DNA of 64,000 nucleotides, taken from Octopus vulgaris (taxonomy: Eukaryota). The position numbers were made by a program, and so were the translations under genes. Every line of letters starts with the position of its first letter. The stretch's first letter is position 1. Below are positions 14,101 through 28,068 of the stretch, one piece after another. The notes under the pieces are model-generated. The model made no database searches. It was not told where the DNA came from and was given only the letters and a program-made list of their open reading frames with translations. The stretch covers positions 4,154,001-4,218,000 of the forward strand of contig OX597838.1 in NCBI GenBank assembly GCA_951406725.2, written 5' to 3'.

Positions 14101-15473
14101 TGGTTGTGCGAGCGGTTAGAAATAGCAGCCAAATTTCCATTAAATCATACAAGCGCCTTTAAATGGGGGGAAGGCCTAATAAAATTGTCACGATTGAAAA
14201 GAGTGTAGATTCTGAATTGTTTGCGCATTTATAAAGAAAGGAAAACGGGTCGACTTCAACTGCTTTTCAACTTATGCGGCAACCGACGAGCAAACGTGGG
14301 AGCTTATTACGTTTACTGAACAGGAAGAAATAGCAGCCAAATCTTATAAATCACATCATTAAAAAAAAACAACCAAAACCACACTAGACAATAAAATAGC
14401 CCCAGTTACTATAATAATAATAAAAAATTACTAACGAAATCATAAAACAAGATGGTCACGCCTGGTAAATATTTCAGACCACAAATACGCTCGATCGGGG
14501 CCGTTGGCTTGTAGACCGGAACCGAAAACTATGCGACATATGTATAACAATGTTACAACAGACTAACCGAATAAAAAAGCTTCGTCCAAAGTCACAAAAC
14601 ATTGAAACTTACAAACACTGAATCCTAGCAACCACCACCAGCCTTCTCTTTTCATCAGACACTCTTATTTAATATATAGAAACATCTAGCTACACCTTTA
14701 GCTTCAGGATATTAAACCAGCTTATAATTATACCGAAGTAAAGAATTAAACTATCTCCTATATTTTTTATATTTAAATTAGATTCTCACTCTCTCTCCTT
14801 TCTGTATTTCAGTATTTCTCCGGGAGAAAGACACAAACATCCATTTCGGTTTAGAAACTATTTCAAAAAATTATATATAAATAAAACAGATTAAAAGAGA
14901 AGTATAACATTTCAGGTATAAAATAATAATAATAATAAATTGTTTAGTGTGTAACATATATTACTTACACACACGCAATCAGCTGATAATGAATCGATCG
15001 GACACAGATAAAAGCTAACCCAAAAAAAAAAAATTAACATGCTTATAATTCTTTTCAAGGTGGAAACAAAAACAAAAAAAATTATTAATTACAGCTTTTC
15101 TTTCCTAATCATCTATTTATCTGGAATACCGCTCCCAACTACCTTCACCGCCTCGATTTCCACTACCCACTTCGAATCGTTAAATGTTAGCAGCAGAGAG
15201 AGAGAGAGAGAGAAAGAATGGAAGCCAATTCCAGTATGGGAAGAGAGCACAAACCGGGACCCATCCTCACCACTTGTTCGTGTAGTTACGTAAGGAAATC
15301 TAGAAATGCCATTCACACCAGAACACTAACTAAAACTGGTGTGTATAAGAAGCACTCGCTCAAAAAATACTCTCACAGTGAAGTCGTCCGTTCGTTTGTT
15401 TCTTCTTTCTACCACACTCCTATTTCTCTTATGTAGGAACCTCATGATGTACGAACCGATGACTGTAACTGAA

Positions 15474-15513
<40 letters not shown>

Positions 15514-18500
15514 GAATGTTAGACTGAAATACATAATCAGAAAAGAGGGGATGATCACGGCAGACACGCCTTCTATCATAAACCAATTGGAGTCTATAGC
15601 TACACACACACAGAGTTTAATAAAAGGACACGTCAAACAATGAGGCAGGATGGTCACTGGGACGCCTTTGATCACAGGTATGATCCATCGGGGCTAAACA
15701 ATAACTCTGTAGTTTGATCGAGTTAAAATGAAATCTCGTTGCTTAGTCCAACTCAGATCATGTAGGACGACAGGAACCAAGCTAAGATCCAGTCGCTAAC
15801 ATCCGGTATTTTTCGGGGCGTGGAGGACTTCAGGAATTGGGATTTTCCTTATTAAAAGAAAGTAGGGTGTGATTTGAGAAATTTCGTTGCAACTTCTAGG
15901 AGCGACTCCGTGGAGATGGGCATGTGTGTAGTTTGAGATTAATATTAAAAAACAGTAACTGTGAAAACATCATTATCCAAGCATTTAAAGATATCTGGAT
16001 AAAATAACAAACAATAGCTCTGTGTGTACACCACATTATATATACACAAGCACTACACGCGTACATACGTTGTAGGCCAGCGTGTAGATTCGTGTTTAGC
16101 ACCCACAATCTTAAGAGATTTAGATATGACAATGCAGTCCTAGGTACATAAAAATACGAGATGGCCACAACTAGAACGACTAAGTCCATAGGTATGCCCA
16201 ACAACTAAACTCTAAACGGTGTAAAAAAAAAAACCTTTACGTCGCAGTTCCATGTGCTTGGAATTGGCCAAATAATGCTTATCATATAATGGTTACAACA
16301 TTTTTCATAATTGTACACAAGTGTTTAAAGAATACACGAGATGGTCCAATATGGACTGAGACAGGCAATCCTTCGGTATTGATATACGACGCCATTCACC
16401 CACACAACCTTCCCCTCTTGACATAAAGAAATGGGTGGATGATGACACACTACATCAATATCGAAGGATCGCAATGAGATATCGTTGATCATAGATCATC
16501 TACTCTATGAAGCCTGACATGAGACAAAACCACAGTGTGTGTGTGTAATTATATACACACACACACACACGACTGAACAAAGAGTTTCTATTCATGCAAG
16601 TCGCTCGACCAGTTAGGAATAACCAAATTTTCCCCCAAAACATACTGGAATGTTAAAAAAAAAAGGCAACATTAGATCCTCAACTGAGACGGCCGGATGC
16701 TTATAGTTGGAACGGCTTTGATCATGGATGTGGGTCAATAAAAGGTTGAACCAAACCGAGTTAACACAAGAACCGTGTAAAATGTTAAACCCCAATTCCC
16801 TTCTCTTGATTTAAATGAGAAACTATGACTGTATCCACCCCCATCACCCCCATCGCGCGGCACCTTGGGCAAGTGTCTTCGGTAAATTTAGAGGAGCCCA
16901 TCTTTGTGTGTGTGTACATATACGATGTATAGATTTGTCTGTCCACCACCAACCACCACCACCACTGGACAACCGGTGTTGATTTGTTTACGTCCCATAA
17001 ATTAGCGGTTCGGCAAAAAGAGAATGAAAGAACAAACGACAGGCTTTAAAAAAAAAAGAGTAATGGGGGTCAATTTGATCGACTAAACCCCTCAAGGCGA
17101 CGCCCCAGGATGGCCGTGGTCCTACAACTACGATTGAGGGAATACATAGATAGATAGATCGAATGTGAACAGATTAAAGCCTGCCGGTACTCAAGGTATA
17201 CGAGTGAAAACTAACATGTCTCAGCCAACAAGGTTCACCTGCAATAATAATAATAATAATAATAATGGTGGTGTATCTGCAGTAAAACACAAATCGACAT
17301 CTTTTCCTACTCCTGCCGCTCCTCCTCCATACCACCGTCATCGTCGCCCTCCTACCACAGTTATGATTATCACCACCACCACCACCACCACCACCATTGC
17401 CTTCCTCCTCCTCCTCCTACCACGGTGGCGGTGGTGCATAAAGCAGTTGGGGAAAACGATTTGTGTGTATGTGTACACACATGTCGGAAAGCTATAGATA
17501 TATATACACACATATATATATATGTATATATATATATTTATTAGGACGAACGAATGATAATGGTGTTGGAGAAACATCCATTACACATCAATAGAAGAGG
17601 AAAACGTGCTATCAGTGTAGCAATGTCGAGAGAGAGAGAAGGGGAGGCTGAGAGAGAAAGTGAGAGGAAGGGCAGATCTCCAAGAACTGAGGTGTATAAG
17701 AATCGGGGTGAGGAGGAGGAGGAGGAGGAAGAGATGTGAAGCGAAATGGTGAATGAGGAGGAGGAGGAGGTGGTGGAAGGAGAGGAGGAGACGCTGGTGA
17801 CTGTCCGCGGAGAGGATTGCAGATCGATAAACTTAAATAGAGACAGGATAGATGATAGATAGATATATAAATAGGTGCGAGTGTTTGTGTATGGGGACAC
17901 GATACACATACATAGACACACACACACATATATATATATATGTATACACATATACATACATACAGAGAAAGAACGAGAGTGGGGGGGGGAAACGGGTTTT
18001 ATACACAGAGAGAGGGAGAAAGAAATAAAAAAACTAGGCGATGATACTTTGGGGTTGGTTTTAGCGACGAAGAATTATCAGAAAGAGATTAGAGAGATTA
18101 TAGAGAAACAAAATAACTGGGACCATGACGTCATGGTAAGAGGTAGAAGAGCGACACTGACATATTACAGATACAGGATTATATAATATATCTTCACATA
18201 GTATCGCCTCGCTATATATATATTAGCATATATATATATATATCTATATATATATATATATATATATACATATGTGTGTGTGTGTGTGTGTGTAGGTAAG
18301 AAAAAGTACGATACACATAGACACACAAGATGAGAAAAGCCGGTCGGTAGAATGAAGAAAAGGTTTGCAACGTCACAGAGCTCAGCATGCACCACAAACC
18401 GACACACAAAAACAGAACGATCTGTTTCCAGGTTGAAACCCCGGCGAAACGTTTCATTAAATCATTTTATTTTAAATATGAGCGGATAAAATTAACAAAT

Positions 18501-18595
18501 ATTTATATTTTTACAAACTATACACCCCAGTAATATAATATATATATATACATATATATACACTCAGCATAGATTACAATATATACATAAAACGG

Positions 18596-18638
<43 letters not shown>

Positions 18639-19089
18639 TGTGTATTACACATTATGTGAGTGTAATTTACACATAATATACACTCAGAGAAACGCGTACA
18701 CAGTCAACAGAGTAACACACATTCGACAGACGCACGGACTCAGATGCTCAGACTGAGTGATGCCCATAATACATGTGCAGCAGAGTAACACTTTGAAGTG
18801 TGGTCAACGGTGTTGCACGTTCACTGAGCAGAGCGACAAACATACACTGCATATACAGCAGTGGCACACACTGCATACTCAGCAGATCGGCACACACACA
18901 CACACACACACACACACTGCTCAGCAGAGCGACACACGCGCGCACACACACTGCATACTCAGCAGTTACACAAATATTGAGCATCTCCATTCACTTAACA
19001 TAGTTGAAGTATTATGTATACATACATATATTACTCAGAGAGGCTCAATACAGTTATATATACAAGCACACGGGAATATAGTTAAGTAC

Positions 19090-19346
19090 TAACATATTCC
19101 ATATAGATATATACCCATTATGTTTCAGTCGCATACTCCATACAATCCGAAAGCACATATTCCATATAGTCAGAGACATGCATACATTTCGTATCGTCAC
19201 ACACATTCCATACAGCCAAACATAGAGGAACATTTTCCATACAGTCATACACACGTTCCATATAATCACAGACACATCCCAGCAACTGAGACATTCTATA
19301 TAGTCATACACACACATTCCATATCATCATGCACAACATACCATAG

Positions 19347-19380
<34 letters not shown>

Positions 19381-19400
19381 GGGAACATATTCCAGATAGC
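19090..19400. repeat. Degenerate minisatellite (ACATTCCATAYAGTCA-like units)
   Basis: Roughly ten diverged CATTCCATA-like units, spaced about 20-30 bp apart. Confidence 0.6.
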
Positions 19401-19853
19401 ATAATCATATTTAAGCAGAAAACTATTCCTTTTAGCCAAGCCTAGCAAGCTGTTTCTCTCACTATACACGCAACACCACAAAACATCGAACAGATGGGGG
19501 GAAATTTATAGAATATACACCCTACAACAAGATTAAATTTTATATACACCTTTCCATATCAAATACACAACGTCCATTAGAAAGAATAAATATATGAGAA
19601 TGTCTATCGAATGTTGAGCAATTGCCGGCAAGTATAAAAGGGCATCTTTCTTACACAGAGTCAAAAAATACTCAATATACACACACACATATATATATAT
19701 ATATATACATTTCCTCCCTCAGTCCACAGCCTCTTCATATATTTCTGTTTGGTTTAACATGGCACATGAGACGCATAGAGATCACATCAAACACACACAA
19801 TATGCCTGTTAGCAAATACAATAGCCGGCATATATATATATATATATAGATAG

Positions 19854-19891
<38 letters not shown>

Positions 19892-20061
19892 AGATAGAGA
19901 GATATATATAGCATTATATTATATAGAACGTACAGGAACATGTACAGATAACTTGGAATAATGAAATAATAAATGGATGTCAGAAGCTAACACGAGAATA
20001 TCGCTTCGTAAAACCTGAATCATTATTTTAGTAGCCGGACTAAAAAAAAGTTGTGTGTGCG

Positions 20062-20104
<43 letters not shown>

Positions 20105-21034
20105 TATATATATATTTATTTATACACACACACGTGTATAGAATACATTGTAATGTAGGGTTTTTTTTTTAATATATAACCTACACACATGTACATTTAA
20201 TCATACCTCCCTACATCTACCTATACACAGGAATTACCATATAAACCATCTAAATAGATATTTTAAAAAGCATAATACACCTCCACATAAAGATTATACA
20301 TACGTGTGTGGAGATATATATACGTAACATTTACAATATAGCTCCATATCTAAATTTTTAAGCAGCCGGGTAAGACCGACATATGTATAGAACAAGACGA
20401 TTACATATAACACACAGTGAAACGTATCTCTGTGTGTTTGTGAAGATAGATAGATAGATTGGTAGATATATAGATAGATAGACACACATAAATGTGGGTG
20501 GAAAGACATTATTTAGCAGAGGGCAACGTACTATAAGAGATTTAAAATTTATAAAACAGACTTTTTAAAATAAAATACAAAAGATGTCTAAAGCACTTGC
20601 TTCTTTGTTTTTTCATGTGTAAAATAAAACTTAAATAATTTAAAGGAACTTTAAAAAATAACGAGAACACATACCTCTATATATAATATATATCTATCTA
20701 TATATAAAGTTATACCTTTTATACTCTCTTTCTCTCTCTATAGATTGATATATCGGTATGTGGATATTATATAAATGTGTGTTTGAGAGGCGGTATCTGC
20801 CGCCGGCGGCACACATTCATCAATTTTTGTACAACTGTTAAGAATGACAGTGAAACTGCCGCGGCTCTGGGGAGGTGAGGCAGATTTCCTCTCCTTTGGC
20901 CGCCTTCCTTACACGCTCGTTTCGCTTAGACATTTATTAGACATCATCAGAAGACACTTAATAAAGCATAAACGGGGCTCATTACACAAATAAGTATGGC
21001 TATATACATATATATATATATATTATATATATAT

Positions 21035-22142
21035 ATAACCGACAAAACGGCGATGGATATTAAAAAAAAAAAGGGGGGGGAGAGAAGACATCTTAAAAAG
21101 ACTTTCCCCCCCTCTACACTGAAAAAAAAAAAAGTATTTTCGCCCCATCGCCGCTACTTATATCCTTTATACACACACACGACGGTGTATAGGGTGTATA
21201 TATACATAAATACATAGATATAACAGAGATAGGAGACGTATATATACGATGTAGCTGATATATATATATGGAAATAACCGACAAACGACAAAACGGTGAT
21301 GGATATAAAGAGAGGGGGGGGGAGAAGACATCTTAAAAAAGACTTTTCCTTTCCAAATCTATTCTACATTTATTCGCCTCCCCAACAAATAAACCACCAC
21401 AAATCTAATTCTTTTTTTTTTTCAATGTAGTATATACATATTATTCCCCCATCCATGTATTACATATAATATACATACGGCTCTCTCTCTCTATATATAT
21501 ACATATATATATGGACACATACAATGATGTGTCTAGTATAGTAGATATATAAAGACACACGAGTTACATATATATATATATGTATGTATATTATATATTT
21601 ATTTATACATGAAGCTGATTATAAATATATTTTATGGCTAGTTATATATAATATATACATACGGCTATATATATATATGAAGATTGCCTTATATACATAT
21701 ATATATAGACACATACAATGATGTGTAGAGTATATATAAAGACACACGAGTTACATATATATATATATTTATTTATACATGGGGCTGATTATAAATATAT
21801 TTTATGGCTAGTTATATATAATATACATACGTCTATATACATATATATATAGACACACATACAACGATGTGTAGAGTATATATATAAAGCCACACGAGTT
21901 ACATATATATATATGTATGTACATATATATATATATATATTCATTTATACATGGAGCTGATTATAAATATATTTCATGGCTAGTTTATATATATATATAA
22001 TATTATATATATATATATAATATAATATATATAATACATAGATACGTATGAATATAACCGACAAACGACAAAAACGGTGATGGATATAAAGAGAGGGGGG
22101 GAGAAGACATCTTAAAAAAGACTTTTCCTTTCCAAATCTCAT
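21035..22142. repeat. Nested local duplications at the start of UBE2D intron 1
   Basis: ATAACCGACAAA...AAAACGGYGATGGATAT...GAGAAGACATCTTAAAAA occurs at about 21035, 21274 and 22053. GACACATACAATGATGTG...GAGTTACATATA...GCTGATTATAAATATATTTYATGGCTAGTT occurs at about 21514, 21708 and 21852. Confidence 0.8.
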
Positions 22143-22358
22143 CTATTTCTGCCTCCCCAACGAATAAAACCACCGCAATTCTCTCTTCTCAATCCATATT
22201 TCTCTTCCCATCCATGTTCCACACACCACATATACACCAATATACACCAATAATCCCACATATACACACATATATATATCTCTCTCTCTCTCCACACACA
22301 GCATTTTCGCTTCATGCCTTCTTCTCTCTTCTTCTTTATCTAAGAGCAAAGATCTCAC

Positions 22359-22382
22359 CTTCTGAATTCTTTTCAATGCCAT
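22359..22382 (-). CDS. UBE2D: Ubiquitin-conjugating enzyme E2 D (UbcD1/Ubc4/5 family), coding exon 1; remaining exons not found in window
   Basis: ATG GCA TTG AAA AGA ATT CAG AAG | GTGAGA encodes MALKRIQK, followed by a phase-0 donor. A 24-nt MALKRIxK first exon is characteristic of animal UBE2D genes. Good Kozak context (GAAATGG). The call rests on only 8 codons plus the intron position. Confidence 0.8.
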
Positions 22383-22718
22383 TTCTGTTTTTGTTTTGTT
22401 GTGTCTGTTATTTTTGTAGACTTTTTTTTTTTTTTTTTTTTTTTTTTCAAAGGGAGGGGTGTGTTGTTTTGTTGGGGGGTTTGCTGTTTTTTTTTAAAGG
22501 GGGGTTTCTTCTTTTTTTGTCTTTTCAACTGAATTTAAAGCAAGGAAGCAGAATTTTTTTCTTTCCTTTTTTCGCCGAAAAATGTACGCAGCTTTTGCCT
22601 TTTTATTCCGGAATACTACTTAGGCCTCGCTTGTCATGCGTGGAACACACCAGCGGCATCTACCGGCATAGGCAGCAGCTAACGGACGACAACTCCGTAC
22701 AACATTTTTACGCATGCA

Positions 22719-22785
22719 TATATGTGTGTGTATGCGTATATATATGTGTATATATATATATATATGTATATATATATACACACAT

Positions 22786-22818
<33 letters not shown>

Positions 22819-23215
22819 CATACACACACATTATATATATATATACACACACACATATATATATACACACACACATATATATATACACATATATATATAT
22901 ATATATATACATTTATATATATATTTAAATATTCTCTTGTATATTACATATGTAAATGTTTATATATATATATACATATTTATACATACATACACATGCG
23001 CATATATGTAAGCATATACATATATAAACGTACCGACATTCACATATTTGTATGTATATATATACATATATATACATACTCACACACACATGTATACACT
23101 CACATACATAGTATATATATATATACATACATACACACACACTATAATACATCGTACATATACATATATATATATATAATTATTTTCTATTTATATATAT
23201 ATATACACATATATA
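22719..23215. repeat. (TA)n/(CA)n compound microsatellite upstream of the UBE2D ATG
   Basis: Directly visible dinucleotide arrays. Confidence 0.9.
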
Positions 23216-23733
23216 TGTACGATGTGGAGGAGCAAACTCCCGATCGCTCCACCTTTCCATCGTTCTGCCGCGTCTCTCTCGATCCTTCCTTTCTTTCATG
23301 TTTAATAAATTTTTCCTTTATTTTCTTCTCTTTTTTTTTTCCTTTTTAATTACCAACACGAAACAAACCTTTGCAGATCACAAACCGACACACAGCAGTT
23401 CACTTGAACTATGGAAGACGATCGGGGTTTTAATTATTTCGACACTCCATCAACACCGTCACCATCGCCCATTATTATCATTCGTCACACACATGCAACC
23501 GGACTCGCATTCAAATGTTAATACTCATCGTGTAATTTTTATATTCCGGAATTACAGGGGTGGGGGTGGAAAGATAAGAACTTAGGTAAAATTTAAAGAT
23601 TAAAATAATTATAAAATCATACTAAAATAAATAGATCTTTTTTACGTTTCACTCCTTTAAAATTTATGATAAAATTTACATTAATTTATTTCTGGTATTC
23701 GTTTTAAATAATTAAAAAGATTTGAATATATAT

Positions 23734-23833
23734 NNNNNNNNNNNNNNNNNNNNNNNNNNNNNNNNNNNNNNNNNNNNNNNNNNNNNNNNNNNNNNNNNNN
23801 NNNNNNNNNNNNNNNNNNNNNNNNNNNNNNNNN
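23734..23833. other. Assembly gap (100 N, unknown true size)
   Basis: Exactly 100 n characters, the usual scaffolding placeholder. Confidence 0.99.
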
Positions 23834-23945
23834 CTTGCTGACTTAGAAAGTAAGTAATTAAATAATTAATTAAATGATGAACTTGTTTGTTAATTAGTTT
23901 GCTGATTTATCAATCAAATAATTTTAATGGCGGAGACGTTTAGGT

Positions 23946-24150
23946 ACCATAAATCCTTGAGTATAGTCCGCCCTTGAGTATAATACGCAGGGGATTTTTA
24001 GGGGGCTGTACCTCTGAAAAACCTAAACCTTGTGTATAATACACACCACTTCTCTAACTTGAGTCATGTGTAATTAAGCCAGCAACACCTAGTTGAACAA
24101 ACACTTCCATGCATGCGTAATACAATAATGGTGATGTTCTTAACTGTTAT
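23946..24150. mobile_element. pogo/Tigger-like DNA transposon terminal fragment
   Basis: TACCATAAATCCTTGAGTATAGTCCGC... resembles TACTGTAAATCCTCGAGTATAATCCGC at 28917. Both are TA-CYGTA type termini with a repeated GAGTATAA motif. Confidence 0.45.
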
Positions 24151-24451
24151 ATGGGAATGTACTATTCTCCACCCTCAGTTACTTGATGACCTTACCAGTG
24201 CTGGTGTCAATCATAAAGTACCCTATACACCCTGTAAAGGGTATTCAATCATAGAAACCATACCAAAACTGAAAGTAGAGCTTGGTATAGTCCGCTGGTT
24301 TTCCAGCTCCTGCCAAGCCGTCCAACCCATGCCAGCATGGAAAACGGATGTGACATGATGAAAAGAAGAAGGTTTATGCCTGATGTAGATGATTCCTCAT
24401 TTGCTTGTTGATTTTTTCTTCTTGAAACCTTTATTGTTGTTTGTTTTGCAG

Positions 24452-24690
24452 AGGTTACTCATAACAACTTGGGTAGCGATGACGAATTGAGATTAGTACA
24501 TAAAGAATTCAAGGTGAAAAATAAAGAAATGAAAGCAGTCCATCGAGAACTTAATAAGAAATTTGATGGTTTGACCAAACAGGTGAACGAAGGGAAAGTA
24601 GATGAGGATTTCACTGATTTCCGAGTGTACCAGTTATACGCCATGGCTAAAAAGACAGCAATGTCTAAGAACGAACTGGAAAATTTTAAG
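24452..24690 (+). CDS. LRPAP1: Alpha-2-macroglobulin receptor-associated protein (RAP), third-last exon
   Basis: ttttgcag | phase 1, VTHNNLGSDDELRLVHKEFK...DFTDFRVYQLYAMAKKTAMSKNELENFK | gtctgt. This resembles RAP domain 3 (FEEPRVIDLWDLAQSANLTDKELEAFR). Confidence 0.88.
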
Positions 24691-24896
24691 GTCTGTTTAA
24701 ACATTCGTCTTTATTTCCTTCCTTTTAAATTCGATTTCTTTTTTTTTTTTTTGCAGTCACCTTTTGTCATTGTCGTTTTGGCGTCCACTTTTCCATGCTT
24801 GCATGGGTCACAGGTCAGACAGAGATTATTGAAGCAGGTTTTTCTACGGCAGGATACTCTTCCTGTCACATACACTCATCTGTTTTTACATTTTAT

Positions 24897-25367
24897 CTTT
24901 TATTTGTTTCAGTCATTGGACTGTGGCCATGCTGGGGCACCACCCTCAAGGGTTTAGTCCAGGGGTTCTCAAGCATTTTTCACCTATTCTTTTATTTGTT
25001 TCAGTCATCTGACTGCAGCCATGCTGGAGCACCGCCTTTAGTTGAACAAATTTTATTCTTTGTAAGCCTAGTACTTATTCTATCAGACTCTTTTGCCGAA
25101 CCACTAAGTTAAGAGGAAGCAAGCACACCAACATCGGCTGTCAAGCGATGGCAGGGGATAAACACAAACACACACGTATGTATATATATATATATATACA
25201 CACATGATGGGCTTCTTTCAGTTTCTGTCTACCAAGTCCACTCACAAGGCTTTGGTCAGCCCGAGGCTATAGTAGAAGACACTTGCCCAAAGTGCCACAT
25301 AGTGGGATTGAACCCAGAATCATGTGGTTGGTAAGCAAGCTACTTACCACACAGCCACTCCTGTGCC
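24897..25367 (-). mobile_element. SINE family A, full length, with duplicated tail, in an LRPAP1 intron
   Basis: Reverse complement of the family A consensus. The TTTATTTGTTTCAGTCA...CCATGCTGG tail is present twice (about 24898 and 24990). Confidence 0.8.
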
Positions 25368-25856
25368 TATGGACCCCCTTTGATTACTATTTTATTCTGG
25401 TGGACTCCTATGGCCATTCAATATTTAAAAACTAGTTTTATAGATATTCCTTTCAAAATTCCTATTGTGTTTTTCATACATTACCTTGTGTAGGTTGGAC
25501 CCTTGTAAAATGTTAGAGAAAGAAACCCAGCTGTTTCTTGCAATACATACCAATACATACATCTAAAGTAGGGGTTCTCAGCCATTTCTCATCTATGGAC
25601 CCAATACATACATCTGAAGCAACATTTTTCAGGGACCCTTAAAATACTATTCTGAATCTCCAGTTTACTATTTTGTTGGCGTGAGCACCCCTAAATTCTT
25701 AAATGGACCCCAGTTGAGAAACACTGTTTTAGTCAAACAAGCACTTTCGGTGCATTTTTTGCCAAACCAGTTATAGGGATGTAAACAAACCAACTCCTGT
25801 TGTCAAACAATGGTGAATGATTAACACAAACAGAAAGACACAACTATATATTTATA

Positions 25857-25909
<53 letters not shown>

Positions 25910-26015
25910 GAAGGCACATAGCTCAGTGGTTAGAGCACGGTACCTTGGGCAATTGTCTTCTACTATAGCCCCCAAAATCTTGTAAGTGTATTTGGTAGAC
26001 AGAAACTGAAAGAGA

Positions 26016-26047
<32 letters not shown>

Positions 26048-26390
26048 TGTGTGCATATGTATGCATGTCTGTGTGTGTTTCTGTTTCCTTATCTTGACTT
26101 CATGTGATAGTTGTAAAAAAATGTCCCCGTCATACAAGCGGTGTCGTTTGCTTCAAATCTTCTCTGAAAACCTGTCTGGTCATGTGGAATATTACTTTGC
26201 TTGGTGACAGGAAGGTCATCCAGCTGCAGATAATCTGCCTCAACAAATTATTTCTGATCCATGCAAGCATAGAAAAGTGGACGTTAAGTACTGATGATGA
26301 TGATGATGATTAAAATCTTTGCAGATGATTAATAATAAATTGTAAAATTAATCCTGTTGTTTTCTTTTTCATTTTTTTCTTCATCTTTAG

Positions 26391-26549
26391 GAGGAATTAA
26401 AATCTTTCCAGCAGCGCATCACTAAACATGAGACTCTGAAAGAAATGGTGATGCAGTCGAAAGAGTATTTTGACAAAGAAGTTGATGATGGCAAATATCC
26501 AAAGAAACACACAGACTTAGTTAACAAGGCAAACCATTATGAACATGTG
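26391..26549 (+). CDS. LRPAP1: RAP/LRPAP1 penultimate exon
   Basis: catctttag | EELKSFQQRITKHETLKEMVMQSKEYFDKEVDDGKYPKKHTDLVNKANHYEHV | gtaggt; 159 nt, phase 0-0. Matches RAP EELKHFEAKIEKH. Confidence 0.9.
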
Positions 26550-27434
26550 GTAGGTTGTTTGGATATTGGAATGGGGTCAGTGGGGCTAAATAAACTACAC
26601 ACAGTGTGTGTGAGGGCTGTTGCTTTTGTTTTTAACTCTAGATCAAGTATGGGCAACCTTTTCCAAGGGGCAGGCTACAGGAGACATGGTTTATCATCAG
26701 GCAGGCCAAACTATTAAAAAAATTCAAGGCAATTTTATGTTAGGCTTGTCATTCAGAAAGTCCCATGGGCCGCAGTTTGCTCATGGCTGCCCTAGATCAC
26801 AAATAAACCTATGATCAATGGTATTCCCTCCATGACCATCCTGTTCCTTGAAACATTGGGCTACATTGTCCAATGTGTTCCTCCCTTGTTGAGGCAATAG
26901 GGTGCAGTTTTAGAGCAATTTGACTGATATTTTAACATTTGAATCGCCACAAATAGACTCCTTTGTTGGCTGTAAGATATCTGACAGTCTAATAAATAAG
27001 ATATCTTGTAACCAAGTAGTTCTGGGTTCGATTTCTCTCCTTGGCACCTTAGACAAATGTTTTGAGTTTAAAGGCAGGCGGAGTGACTTTTCCCTGTTTG
27101 TGGAGTGGCAGAGGAAGGGAAGATAATTTCAAGAATTGATTTCTCAAGTCAGTTTACATGATCAAGGGAAGTATAGCCCAGTGGTTCCCAACCTTTTCAC
27201 TGTCAAGGATTCCCTTTTATTTACATGAGTTTATGATTCTGTCCCTTAGTTTGCCTGCAATTGTTACCCTTGAGCTGTGTGTGCATCTATTTATATTTTT
27301 GTTCAGGAGCCCAAGTGAAGGGTAAAGTTAGACACAGGGGCCCATGTCTGAGATGGTTAGATTTCAATAAAACATTGCTTAATGTTTGTTTAGTCTGGAC
27401 GTAAATGTTAATTGGATTACATTTTTAATTTCAG

Positions 27435-27503
27435 GTCAAGAAACATCACAATGAACTTTATCATCGAGTGGACAGCATGATATTTAAACACACAGAACTT
27501 TAG
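27435..27503 (+). CDS. LRPAP1: RAP/LRPAP1 last coding exon, C-terminal ER-retrieval signal HTEL
   Basis: aatttcag | VKKHHNELYHRVDSMIFKHTEL* compared with vertebrate VKKHLQDL...RHNEL. Candidate AATAAA signals at about 28731 and 28761. Confidence 0.92.
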   Translation, partial: VKKHHNELYHRVDSMIFKHTEL

Positions 27504-28068
27504 AATTCCCACATTTTGGGGTTTTTTTTTTGCCTTTTCTTTTGTTTTTGTGCCTTTTCTATTTTTTTGTCTCTTTCTCAATCTTCTACCCACGCCATGG
27601 AAGGACTCGGTGGCCTTCTGCTCCATATGAAATCTTGTTCACTTCTTTCTTTATAGAGACTGTTATCCGATAAAAGTCTGTGGAACCAAAGAAAATGCTG
27701 ATGTTCTGTGCATCATCAGTGGAAGTTTATAAAAGAGTTTCACAAGTCCAGTTGCTGTGAGGGGTCAAGAATCTAATATTTTGGCTCAAGAGAAAGTGGG
27801 GTTTTGATTTTAATTTTTCTGACTCTCAAAGAAAGAGCAAGTATCCAAAGTCATTAAATTCTTGACTCCTTTCACCAATTTAGGTTTATCTTCTACAAAC
27901 TGTTATACATCCTTCTGTTTCATAATTTTAAATCCTCCACTGAGGTCTACTTTGCCCTTTATCCATTTAGAGTCAATAAAATAAAGTATCAGTTGAACAC
28001 TAATTGATTAGCTACCCCCTCCCTCATTTTATAAACAGTTATTATTATTATTATCATTATTATTAATA

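Noticed and set aside
15113-15316. 67-aa ORF in a CpG-containing patch of UBE2D intron 1 as a possible exon
   Set aside because: No similarity to the UBC fold or any family I recognise, and it runs through a (CT)n tract.
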